24,245 bases of DNA, from NCBI GenBank assembly GCA_003512585.1, contig DOQE01000071.1, positions 1 to 24,245 of the forward strand, written 5' to 3'. This stretch comes from Bacillota bacterium. Lineage in GTDB: Bacteria > Bacillota_I > Bacilli_A > RFN20 > CAG-826. Of this stretch, positions 17,343-24,245 are shown one piece after another (within the stretch, counting starts at the first letter, position 1; the number at the start of each line of letters is the position of its first letter). The notes beneath the pieces were generated by a model, which saw only the letters and a program-made list of their open reading frames with translations, ran no database searches and was not told where the DNA came from. The translations under genes and the position numbers were made by a program.

Positions 17343-17871
17343 TTAAAAACTCCCTTAATTGTTGCTTGCTAATATTCATAGAATTGAGTCTTTTTAATAA
17401 TGTTTTTGTATTTCCAAACCCCAAATGGAAATGCTCTTCGACTTTATTTCTTTTTATGGAGGAGTTTGGACCAGTTAATCCTAGTTCTAGTAAATCACTA
17501 TACTTTAAATCCCCGTTCTTATAGTTTTTAGAAAGGGTTAAATTTGACAATGACTCTAAAATAACATCTTTGCTAGACTCGGCTACTCCGACTTTATGAT
17601 GCTTTATGGCTTTTTCTTTTGGAATAAAAGCGTGCTTTAGGTTAGCTATATTTTGGTCAAGTATGTCTCTAATTCTTTTTCCTGGATAATCAGGGTCTGT
17701 AAGAACTATGACTTCTTTCCTTTTCGAGACTTCTTTTATGTACTCGATTGTTTCACGTGGAACACTTGAACCATTTGTAATAACAAACTCGCAATCCAAA
17801 AAAGAGCTCAATAAAGATATATCGGTGATACCTTCTACAACAATTAAGGCGTTTAGCTTTTCTTTTTTCAT
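17329..17871 (-). CDS. rnmV: Ribonuclease M5 (TOPRIM)
   Basis: IVVEGITD, LTDPDYPGKRIR, VGVAE, LLKRLN; located between tatD and rsmA. Confidence 0.93.
   Translation of the reverse strand: MKKEKLNALIVVEGITDISLLSSFLDCEFVITNGSSVPRETIEYIKEVSKRKEVIVLTDPDYPGKRIRDILDQNIANLKHAFIPKEKAIKHHKVGVAESSKDVILESLSNLTLSKNYKNGDLKYSDLLELGLTGPNSSIKRNKVEEHFHLGFGNTKTLLKRLNSMNISKQQLREFLNGCK
17749..17764. promoter_or_regulatory. parS: parS centromere-like site (perfect) inside rnmV
   Basis: TGTTTCACGTGGAACA, the reverse complement of TGTTCCACGTGAAACA; 16/16 match to the B. subtilis-type consensus TGTTNCACGTGAAACA. Confidence 0.92.
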
Positions 17872-18644
17872 AGTTTCACGTGGAACAATCTTTCAAAATT
17901 GTCCTTAATTTTTTCTTGCATAAAATCAAGAGGAACTTCTTTTAAAATAGCCATTTGGCAAACTATATAACGCACATAAGAAGGTGAATTAGCCTTGCCT
18001 CTAAACGGAACCGGAGTTAAATAAGGAGAATCGGTTTCTGATAGTATCCTATCGATATCCACGGCTTTGACACATTCTTTTGGGGTTATAGAGTTTTTAT
18101 AAGTTATTGGACCGTCAAAGCCAAAGTAAAACCCTAGTTTTTCTAATTCTTTCATTGTTTCTATAGAACCGGAATAGCAATGCAAAACGCCTTTCCTTTT
18201 CGGCGCATATTCTTTTAATATATCCAAAGTATCTTTTGTAGCCTCTCGAGCATGAATTGAAACGGGCAAGTCTAATGAGTCTGCGAGTTTTAATTGTTTT
18301 ATGAACCATTGTTTTTGAATAAAGTGGTCTTTATCTTCTTTATACCAATGATAGTCAAGCCCAATTTCGCCTATACCTATTACCTTTTCATTCCTAGCCA
18401 AATTCTTTATTTCGTCTAATTTTCCATCGTTTATGCCATCTAGATTCTCAGGATGAAATCCTACGGTAGCAAAAACCCCATCATATTTAGAAGCGATTTC
18501 CGTAGCTTTAATTGAACTAAGCAAGTCATAGCCAACCACAACGATTGCATTAACTCCATTCCCTTTGGATTCGTTTACAATCTCATCTAGATTATTAATA
18601 AATGCCTCATCATTTAAATGGCAATGGCTATCTACATAAATCAT
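17868..18644 (-). CDS. tatD: TatD family metal-dependent nuclease/hydrolase
   Basis: DSHCHL, GFHP, IGEIGLDY, SIHARE, LHCYSG, ETDSPYL. Confidence 0.95.
   Translation of the reverse strand: MIYVDSHCHLNDEAFINNLDEIVNESKGNGVNAIVVVGYDLLSSIKATEIASKYDGVFATVGFHPENLDGINDGKLDEIKNLARNEKVIGIGEIGLDYHWYKEDKDHFIQKQWFIKQLKLADSLDLPVSIHAREATKDTLDILKEYAPKRKGVLHCYSGSIETMKELEKLGFYFGFDGPITYKNSITPKECVKAVDIDRILSETDSPYLTPVPFRGKANSPSYVRYIVCQMAILKEVPLDFMQEKIKDNFERLFHVKL
17872..17887. promoter_or_regulatory. parS: parS site (1 terminal mismatch) at the tatD 3' end
   Basis: AGTTTCACGTGGAACA; 15/16 match. Confidence 0.88.
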
Positions 18645-18646
18645 CT

Positions 18647-19966
18647 TTATTTACCTACACAAAAACGGGAAAAGATTTCATCGGTCAAATCATGGGTCGG
18701 ATCTTCTCCAAATAATTCTCTGACATAGTTATACGCATTTAGTAAAGAAGAAGAAATCAAATCCATCGGAACCATATCAAAGCAATCTTTTATAACGAGA
18801 GAAAGTTCATTGTCTATCTTCTTTAATAAAGACAATTCTCTTTGGTTCGAAAAAGAAGGAGTAGAAAAGGAAGAGTCATTAATTTGCAATGATTCGTACA
18901 TTGCTTTTTTTAATGGTTCGATATCTTTATTTAAAGCGGAAACATAGATATGTCCCTTTTCTTTTTGTTTTATTAAATCAGATTTGTTAGTTACTTTGAT
19001 CAAAATTTTATCCTTGCATAAGCAATCAATCTCACTTTCATCGAAAATTGTTTTATCATCACTCACCAAAATGACCATATCGGCTTCTTCAATGCTTTTT
19101 TTGCTTCGTTTTATACCTATGCTTTCTACAACATCCAAGCTATCCCTAATTCCGGCGGTATCTAACAATATAAAAGGCACCCCTTTTATTGATAAATAGC
19201 CTTCGACAACATCTCTAGTAGTCCCGGGGATATCTGTAACAATGGCTTTTTCTTCATTTAATAATGCGTTTAGTATCGAGGACTTACCAACATTGGGTTC
19301 TCCAACAATGGCTACTTTAACGCCTTCTCTAATAATTTTTCCTTCATGTCCTTGCTTAATTAAAGTAGCAAGGCTTTCTTTCATTTGCTTGCACTGAGAA
19401 ATTACATATTCATAGTTTGTTTGTTCTATATCTTCATATTCTGGAAAATCGATATTTACTTCTAATTTTGATAATAAATCGCTTATTTTTTCCTTTAAGG
19501 GTTTTAATAAAGGGGACACTTTCCCTAAATAAGACATCAAAGCCACGTCTTTTGCTTCTTTTGTAGTCGCGTTAATTAAATCATTAACGCTCTCGGCTTC
19601 GATTAAATCCATTTTGCCAAAATAAAATGCTCTAGCAGAAAATTCTCCACCTTCTGCTTGTCTAACCCCCTTGCTAAAGAAAGCCTCCATTATTTCTTTT
19701 ACAATTACCATCGACCCGTGACAAGAAATCTCTACAACTTCTTCGCCAGTCATAGAACAAGAAGCCTCATAGCAAAAAATAACCACATCGTCTATAACGT
19801 TGTTTTCAAAAGAAATAGACCCGTGCATTATTTTTCTTTTAAATCCAGTGCCAATATTTTTAGAAAAAAGAGAAGACACAATATCGAAAACATTATCGCC
19901 CGATATTCTAATTAAGGCTAAGGCCGATTTAAACGGAGGTGTAGCTAAAGCAATGATTGGTTCCAC
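18647..19966 (-). CDS. mnmE: tRNA modification GTPase MnmE (TrmE), GTG start
   Basis: IIALATP, IRISG, EISCHGS, GEPNVGKSS, PGTTRD, DTAGIR, NKSD, C-terminal FSRFCVGK. Confidence 0.97.
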   Translation of the reverse strand: MEPIIALATPPFKSALALIRISGDNVFDIVSSLFSKNIGTGFKRKIMHGSISFENNVIDDVVIFCYEASCSMTGEEVVEISCHGSMVIVKEIMEAFFSKGVRQAEGGEFSARAFYFGKMDLIEAESVNDLINATTKEAKDVALMSYLGKVSPLLKPLKEKISDLLSKLEVNIDFPEYEDIEQTNYEYVISQCKQMKESLATLIKQGHEGKIIREGVKVAIVGEPNVGKSSILNALLNEEKAIVTDIPGTTRDVVEGYLSIKGVPFILLDTAGIRDSLDVVESIGIKRSKKSIEEADMVILVSDDKTIFDESEIDCLCKDKILIKVTNKSDLIKQKEKGHIYVSALNKDIEPLKKAMYESLQINDSSFSTPSFSNQRELSLLKKIDNELSLVIKDCFDMVPMDLISSSLLNAYNYVRELFGEDPTHDLTDEIFSRFCVGK

Positions 19967-19999
19967 GTATATATTATATCTATATATTTATATATAAGG
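19967..19999 (-). promoter_or_regulatory. Putative mnmE promoter (-10 TATAAT 6 nt before GTG; leaderless)
   Basis: Minus strand reads gaTATAATatatacGTG (TATAAT at 19973-19978), in a nearly pure AT tract with no SD, just downstream of the jag terminator. Confidence 0.6.
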
Positions 20000-20000
20000 T

Positions 20001-20025
20001 AAAAGAAAAGGCTACCGAAGTAGCC
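20001..20025 (-). terminator. Intrinsic terminator after jag
   Basis: Minus strand GGCTAC-TTCG-GTAGCC-TTTTCTTTT: cUUCGg tetraloop hairpin plus U tract. Confidence 0.88.
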
Positions 20026-20031
20026 ATTTTT

Positions 20032-20631
20032 TTAATCAACGTATTTAATGCAAACCGCTCTAGAAGAACCTTCCCCGGTGGATTCGGTTTTTATATGCTC
20101 CATATTTGATAAACATCCATGGACAACGCGCCTTTCATCTGGAGTCATTGGATCGAGTTTAACATCGACATGAGATTTTAACACATCTCTAGCGGCTCTT
20201 TTGGCAATGCGCTCGACTCTAGAATATTTATCTTCCTTATATCCGCCAACGTCGAGAAGTATTCTATAACGACGACGGAATTTATTAGAAACCGCAAGCT
20301 TTGTCAATTCATTTAACGCTTGAAGTGTTTTGCCGTTTCTTCCAATCAAAATAGGGTTATGATTGGAATCGATAGTGATTTTTATAATATCGTCTTCGAT
20401 ATCGGCCTCGCAAGTTGCTTCAATCCCTAAAGAAGTGGTAACGTTCTTTAAGTATTCTATAGCATAACTAGCTGCATCGTTTTGATCATAGACAACTATA
20501 GTTGCGCTCTTTTTAAATAGCCCCTTCTTTTCTTCTTTAACATTATAAACTAACGATTTTTCATTAACGCCTAATTCCGAAGAAGCCAAGGAAAGAGCCT
20601 CTTCTATGGTTTTAGCAGTATATTCTTTCAT
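20032..20631 (-). CDS. jag: Jag/EloR/KhpB RNA-binding protein (Jag_N, KH, R3H), 199 aa; true start 20631
   Basis: MKEYTAKTIEEAL...EEKKGLF (Jag_N), KH motif LIGRNGKTL, R3H motif ERRVVH; AGAGGT RBS overlapping the yidC stop. Confidence 0.93.
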   Translation of the reverse strand: MKEYTAKTIEEALSLASSELGVNEKSLVYNVKEEKKGLFKKSATIVVYDQNDAASYAIEYLKNVTTSLGIEATCEADIEDDIIKITIDSNHNPILIGRNGKTLQALNELTKLAVSNKFRRRYRILLDVGGYKEDKYSRVERIAKRAARDVLKSHVDVKLDPMTPDERRVVHGCLSNMEHIKTESTGEGSSRAVCIKYVD

Positions 20632-20636
20632 TAAAA

Positions 20637-22352
20637 TTACCTCTTTTTGTTTTTGCTTTTGGATATTATTAATTGAGTAATAAAGGTTTGAATCATAGAA
20701 ATTAAACCAGAAATCAACCAATAAACACCCATGGCGGATGGAAGCATGAATCCCATGACAATGGTAAATATCATCATGAAGATAGAAACCCATTTCATTT
20801 GTTTTTGAGAATCGCTTTGAGCTGGATTAGCAGACAATTTGGCAACTTTCTTAGTTTGGGCTTTAGCCATAATTCTTGGCAGTAACATGGCCATAACTTG
20901 AGTTCCGGCCATCAATATAAACAAGACCAAAGCCGTCCACCACCCATTTTGGTTATAATACCAAGCACCAGAAACATTAAATAATATAGAATTAATATTA
21001 TCGGATAGCCTCATTCCAAGGAATTCACCGGTAGATAAAGCCGCCGATCCTTGTAAACCGGACCAAACGCAAATAAAGACAGGGAATTGCAAAATTAATA
21101 TCAATATTTGTCTAAATGGTTTTATTTTATGGCGCCTATAAAGAGCCATTTGCTCTTGAGCGAGCCTTTGTTTTTCGGCTTGATTGGTATTGGAATTAGG
21201 ATATTTTGCTTGAAGTTTTGCCATTTCAGGTTGCAAGGCTTGCATTTTTTGCGAATCCATAGTCGAACGGAAGGAAACCAATAAAAGTAATCCTCTTACT
21301 ATTAAAGTAACGAAAACTATAGCCCAAATTTGGCCAACGCCCGACAAGGACGGATCCATCCCAAATGAGAATGTATCAACCAGCCAAGAAACCGGATAAA
21401 CCAATAGACCTTCTAAAAAGCCTTTGTTCCAGGCATATCCCCAATCTTTTTTAGTTATATCTACTTCCCAATCGGAATTGTTGCCATAATGGCCAAACGA
21501 TCCTTCTTGTGTGGCTATACAAGAACGTATTTGGTTGACTTTTGAAGCAATTTGGGATTGATAAAGATCGGTAAAATCTTTTGTTGGGCAATTATCGATT
21601 CCTAAAGAGGGGTCATTGCTTTTATATAATTCGGCGTTCCATTTTGTCCAATAGCCCCAAATGCTGCCGCCATCACCAGAAAACTTTAAATGTCCAAAAG
21701 ATCTTAAAATGGACTTGTTGTTTTGGGTTGCATTTTCACCGCCATCACAATTTGACTCGGTATACGGATTAATTGTCCAATTAGAAGAGTCAGATGACTC
21801 GGAAGCAACCAAAGTAGACACAAATTCCTTGGGTGCACTCATGCCTATGGAATAAGCGGCGCGTTGACTCGAATCTTGCAAACTAGAATTATAGGCTTCA
21901 TATGTGGCGGCCTCTAAAACATAGTCATCAATGCTTGCCCAATATTTAACAGAAGGCATTACATAACCATTTTTATAGGCAGTAGAAAGAATTGTTCCTT
22001 GCAAAAAAGAAGCTTTTTTGGCAGTAAATTCTATACTCCCATCTTCTTTTTTTGTTAAAGGTACGTATTTATACACGTTTTCATTTAAAACGTTATTGTC
22101 TTTGTCAACATAAGCAGGACCAGCAATTTTACTAGCTTCTTGCTCTTCGATTAACGATTTTGTTTCGTCGGCGGTTTTTAATTCGTTATATTCATCTTTT
22201 GAAACATAAACGGTTACCCCTTGTTCGTATGGATAAGCCATTTGAGCTTGATCTACTTCAGAACAAAAATTAGCCGTACAGCTTGCAAGCAATCCCCCAC
22301 CTAACAGGACTGCTAAACCGACAAATATTTTTTTATGGGATATCTTTTTCAA
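20637..22352 (-). CDS. yidC: Membrane protein insertase YidC, lipoprotein with a long extracellular N-terminal region (TTG start)
   Basis: Lipobox LLASC (Cys25); core AIVFVTLIVRGLL (conserved Arg), KMQALQPEMAKLQAKY, LQFPVF, PSAMGVYW; rnpA-yidC-jag synteny. Confidence 0.95.
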   Translation of the reverse strand: MKKISHKKIFVGLAVLLGGGLLASCTANFCSEVDQAQMAYPYEQGVTVYVSKDEYNELKTADETKSLIEEQEASKIAGPAYVDKDNNVLNENVYKYVPLTKKEDGSIEFTAKKASFLQGTILSTAYKNGYVMPSVKYWASIDDYVLEAATYEAYNSSLQDSSQRAAYSIGMSAPKEFVSTLVASESSDSSNWTINPYTESNCDGGENATQNNKSILRSFGHLKFSGDGGSIWGYWTKWNAELYKSNDPSLGIDNCPTKDFTDLYQSQIASKVNQIRSCIATQEGSFGHYGNNSDWEVDITKKDWGYAWNKGFLEGLLVYPVSWLVDTFSFGMDPSLSGVGQIWAIVFVTLIVRGLLLLVSFRSTMDSQKMQALQPEMAKLQAKYPNSNTNQAEKQRLAQEQMALYRRHKIKPFRQILILILQFPVFICVWSGLQGSAALSTGEFLGMRLSDNINSILFNVSGAWYYNQNGWWTALVLFILMAGTQVMAMLLPRIMAKAQTKKVAKLSANPAQSDSQKQMKWVSIFMMIFTIVMGFMLPSAMGVYWLISGLISMIQTFITQLIISKSKNKKR

Positions 22353-22690
22353 TTGTACTTTTCCTTAATTGTATCTAGAAGAGAATTGAGTTCTCTTTCG
22401 TTTGATTCGAACTCGCTTTCTTTATAACAAGGACGAATCGAGATGATAATATCCAAAGGCAAACTATAGTCATTTCTTTTGCTTATCATTGCCCTAACTT
22501 GCCTTTTTTCCCTAACCCTAGTAACGGCGTGACCATTTGATTTACCAACGGCCAGGCCGATACGAGTATAGAGCTGCTCTTTTGACGCTTTGACAAAATA
22601 TAAATTGAAGTTTTTCGATTTGATTTTTACTCCATTTTTAATAATAAAGTCAAAATCTTCGTGTTTTTTTACACGAAACGCCCTCTTCAT
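22349..22690 (-). CDS. rnpA: Ribonuclease P protein component
   Basis: RVKKHEDF, RIGLAVGK..GHAVTRVREKRQVR (variant RNR motif); lies between rpmH and yidC. Confidence 0.93.
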   Translation of the reverse strand: MKRAFRVKKHEDFDFIIKNGVKIKSKNFNLYFVKASKEQLYTRIGLAVGKSNGHAVTRVREKRQVRAMISKRNDYSLPLDIIISIRPCYKESEFESNERELNSLLDTIKEKYN

Positions 22691-22693
22691 AAA

Positions 22694-22828
22694 TTAGTCA
22701 GCGACTTTAGCGCGTCCTTTGGCACGACGCTTCGCAATGACTTTGCGTCCTGTTGCCGTAGCCATTCTTGCACGGAAACCTGCTTTATTGGCATGCTTCT
22801 TCTTAGATGGTTGGTATGTTTTTTTCAT
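22694..22828 (-). CDS. rpmH: 50S ribosomal protein L34 (44 aa; not in ORF track)
   Basis: Manual translation [54 protein letters not shown]. Confidence 0.97.
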   Translation of the reverse strand: MKKTYQPSKKKHANKAGFRARMATATGRKVIAKRRAKGRAKVAD

Positions 22829-22860
22829 TAGCTTTTCCTCCTCAAACGGATGCAAGGGTT

Positions 22861-22889
22861 ATTATACGGATTAAAAAAGCTAACTACAA
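22861..22889 (-). promoter_or_regulatory. Putative sigmaA promoter of the rpmH operon
   Basis: TTGTAG (22884-22889), 17-nt spacer, TATAAT (22861-22866). Confidence 0.7.
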
Positions 22890-22915
22890 CTGCGAGTGTA
22901 CGCGCGTATGCGAAG

Positions 22916-23239
22916 TTTTCCACAGCAAAAGAAAAAGCAAAACAGCGTGAAACATATAGTGAAACATTATCAACACCAATTGTTATTAACTTATCGTGGA
23001 CAATGTGAATAAAGCAAAAAATATTCGAAAATATCTCTAGTATTGTTACCACGCGCGTTGTAGAAAACCAATTCGTAAAAGAAGTTTTCCACAATATAAA
23101 ATCAAGTAAAAAGTTTTCCACAATTTATTCACAATTTAAAGTTGTGGATAAGTTCTTTTTTACCTGGATACATGGTATTTTTATTTGTTTTATTGTGGAA
23201 AAATAAATTTTGCCTATTTTTTTGCTATCTTTTTTCACA
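22916..23239. promoter_or_regulatory. oriC: DnaA-box cluster upstream of dnaA (upstream part of oriC / dnaA autoregulatory region)
   Basis: Perfect TGTGGATAA 23143-23151; TTTTCCACA 22916-22924, 23085-23093, 23114-23122; TGTGGAAAA 23194-23202; TTATTCACA 23125-23133; TGTGAATAA 23004-23012; TTATCAACA 22967-22975; TTTTTCACA 23231-23239. Confidence 0.9.
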
Positions 23240-23269
23240 AAAAAGGGCTTTAATTTTACAGGTAAATTT

Positions 23270-24245
23270 ATGGCTGACTCTGTTTCACAACTAAATAGCA
23301 TATGGGAATCGGTGCTAGAAAGAATTGAAAAAACGATTAACGAAAAAAGGATATACGACACTTTTTTTTGCGATACAAAACTAGCAAGGTTAGATGGTAA
23401 CGTTATGGTTATTAGCGTTTCTAGCGAACTAGCTAGTCAAATATTGGATAAAAAGTATAAAAATGAAATTTTAAAAATTGTCAACGAATACACTGGCACG
23501 AACTTCGATGTCAAGTTTGTTTACAAAAACAATCTAGCCAAAGAGCCAGTAGAGCAAAAAGAAGAAGAGCCAGTATTTTTTAAAGATTATAAGCTTAATC
23601 CAAAATTTACATTTGATAATTTTGTAACGGGTCCATCAAATAAAGAGGCTTTTCAAGCCGGAATAATGATTGCAAGTACCCCGGGCCAATTATATAACCC
23701 ATTGCTTATTCATAGCGATTCAGGCTTAGGAAAAACTCACTTATTGCACGCTATAGGCAACGAAATAAAAGAGAAATACCCGAATTATAATGTTTTATAT
23801 ATATCTGCATCAGATTTCGTTGATGAATATATAGGTTTTGTGGAAAGCCACGAAAAAGGTCAGTCATTAACTAGGTATTTTAAAAATAAGGTCGATGTCT
23901 TCTTAATCGACGATATCCAATTTATAACCGGAAAAAGAGGAACCATGGAAATGTTTTTCCTTATCTTTTCCACTTTGGCAAACAACGGCAAACAAATAGT
24001 TATCACATCCGATCAGCACCCTAGCAACCTTAACGGTTTGGATGACAGGCTTAAAACACGATTTTCACAAGGCTTAGTTTTGTCAATAGAAAAGCCAGAT
24101 TTGGAAACAAGCAAAGACATATTGAAAGCTAAAATTCAAGCCGGTGGATTAGATCCAAACGACTTTGACGAAGACGTTTTAACATATATAGCCAAAGGTT
24201 TTTCTTCTAACGTCAGGGAACTTGAAGGGGCTTTAAATAGGCTGA
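23270..24245 (+). CDS. dnaA: Chromosomal replication initiator DnaA (partial; runs off the right edge)
   Basis: Manual translation from ATG 23270: MADSVSQLNSIWESVL..., LNPKFTFDNFVTGPSN, YNPLLIHSDSGLGKTHLLHAIGN, LIDDIQF, ITSDQHP, RLKTRFSQGL, NVRELEGALNRL. Confidence 0.98.
   Translation, partial: MADSVSQLNSIWESVLERIEKTINEKRIYDTFFCDTKLARLDGNVMVISVSSELASQILDKKYKNEILKIVNEYTGTNFDVKFVYKNNLAKEPVEQKEEEPVFFKDYKLNPKFTFDNFVTGPSNKEAFQAGIMIASTPGQLYNPLLIHSDSGLGKTHLLHAIGNEIKEKYPNYNVLYISASDFVDEYIGFVESHEKGQSLTRYFKNKVDVFLIDDIQFITGKRGTMEMFFLIFSTLANNGKQIVITSDQHPSNLNGLDDRLKTRFSQGLVLSIEKPDLETSKDILKAKIQAGGLDPNDFDEDVLTYIAKGFSSNVRELEGALNRL

Noticed and set aside
19959..19974. parS-like GGTTCCACGT at the mnmE start codon
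   Set aside because: Only a half-site; the right arm (ATATAT) does not match. A similar partial match at about 12065-12080 was also rejected.
19968..19996. TA-rich tract as a microsatellite or phase-variation repeat
   Set aside because: Interrupted runs of only 3-4 units; better explained as an AT-rich promoter.
17708..19997. Short overlapping ORFs across rnmV, tatD and mnmE
   Set aside because: Almost entirely nested in well-supported core genes; no independent evidence.
20632..20793. 54-aa N-terminal extension of jag in the ORF track
   Set aside because: Overlaps the yidC C-terminus; the Jag_N domain and RBS point to ATG 20631.
21581..21855. + strand ORFs opposite yidC
   Set aside because: Antisense shadows.
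22900..23240. Origin-region repeats as a CRISPR array, iterons, or a DNA-unwinding element with DnaA-trios
   Set aside because: Repeats are 9-12 bp, irregularly spaced, on both strands, and match DnaA boxes. I saw no clear trio run; in Bacilli the unwinding site normally lies downstream of dnaA, outside this window.
22828..23361. 97-aa and 78-aa minus-strand ORFs across the origin region and dnaA start
   Set aside because: They translate DnaA boxes (VEN, VDN, STT) and antisense dnaA sequence; this is regulatory DNA rather than coding.
1..24245. Alternative genetic code (TGA=Trp), given the AT-rich, reduced appearance
   Set aside because: Long genes are open under code 11 with TGG for Trp, and TGA ends tatD, rnpA and the flavodoxin gene at expected positions overlapping the next start codon.

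Overview
Chromosomal core region of a low-GC (AT-rich) Bacillota/Bacilli-type bacterium, lying immediately left of dnaA. TGA is used as a stop, so genetic code 11 applies. Reading right to left: partial dnaA (+); a DnaA-box-rich rpmH-dnaA intergenic region (upstream part of oriC); rpmH-rnpA-yidC-jag; mnmE; tatD-rnmV-rsmA-ispE-glmU (all -). An ~11 kb accessory block follows: a GH78-like glycosidase, a GH20 hexosaminidase, ppdK, an FGGY kinase, two TetR regulators, small membrane ORFs, DUF368 and a flavodoxin-like gene. The window ends with pth and partial mfd. I see no mobile element, CRISPR array or structural RNA gene, and no clearly new multi-gene system. The best leads are two parS sites hidden in tatD/rnmV coding sequence, several apparently leaderless genes, an unannotated small ORF with a perfect RBS and possible frameshift between two TetR genes, a YidC lipoprotein with a ~275-aa extracellular insert, a PPDK with substitutions at normally conserved C-terminal motifs, and repeated GC palindromes in the origin region. 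All product calls come from motif recognition; no database searches were run.
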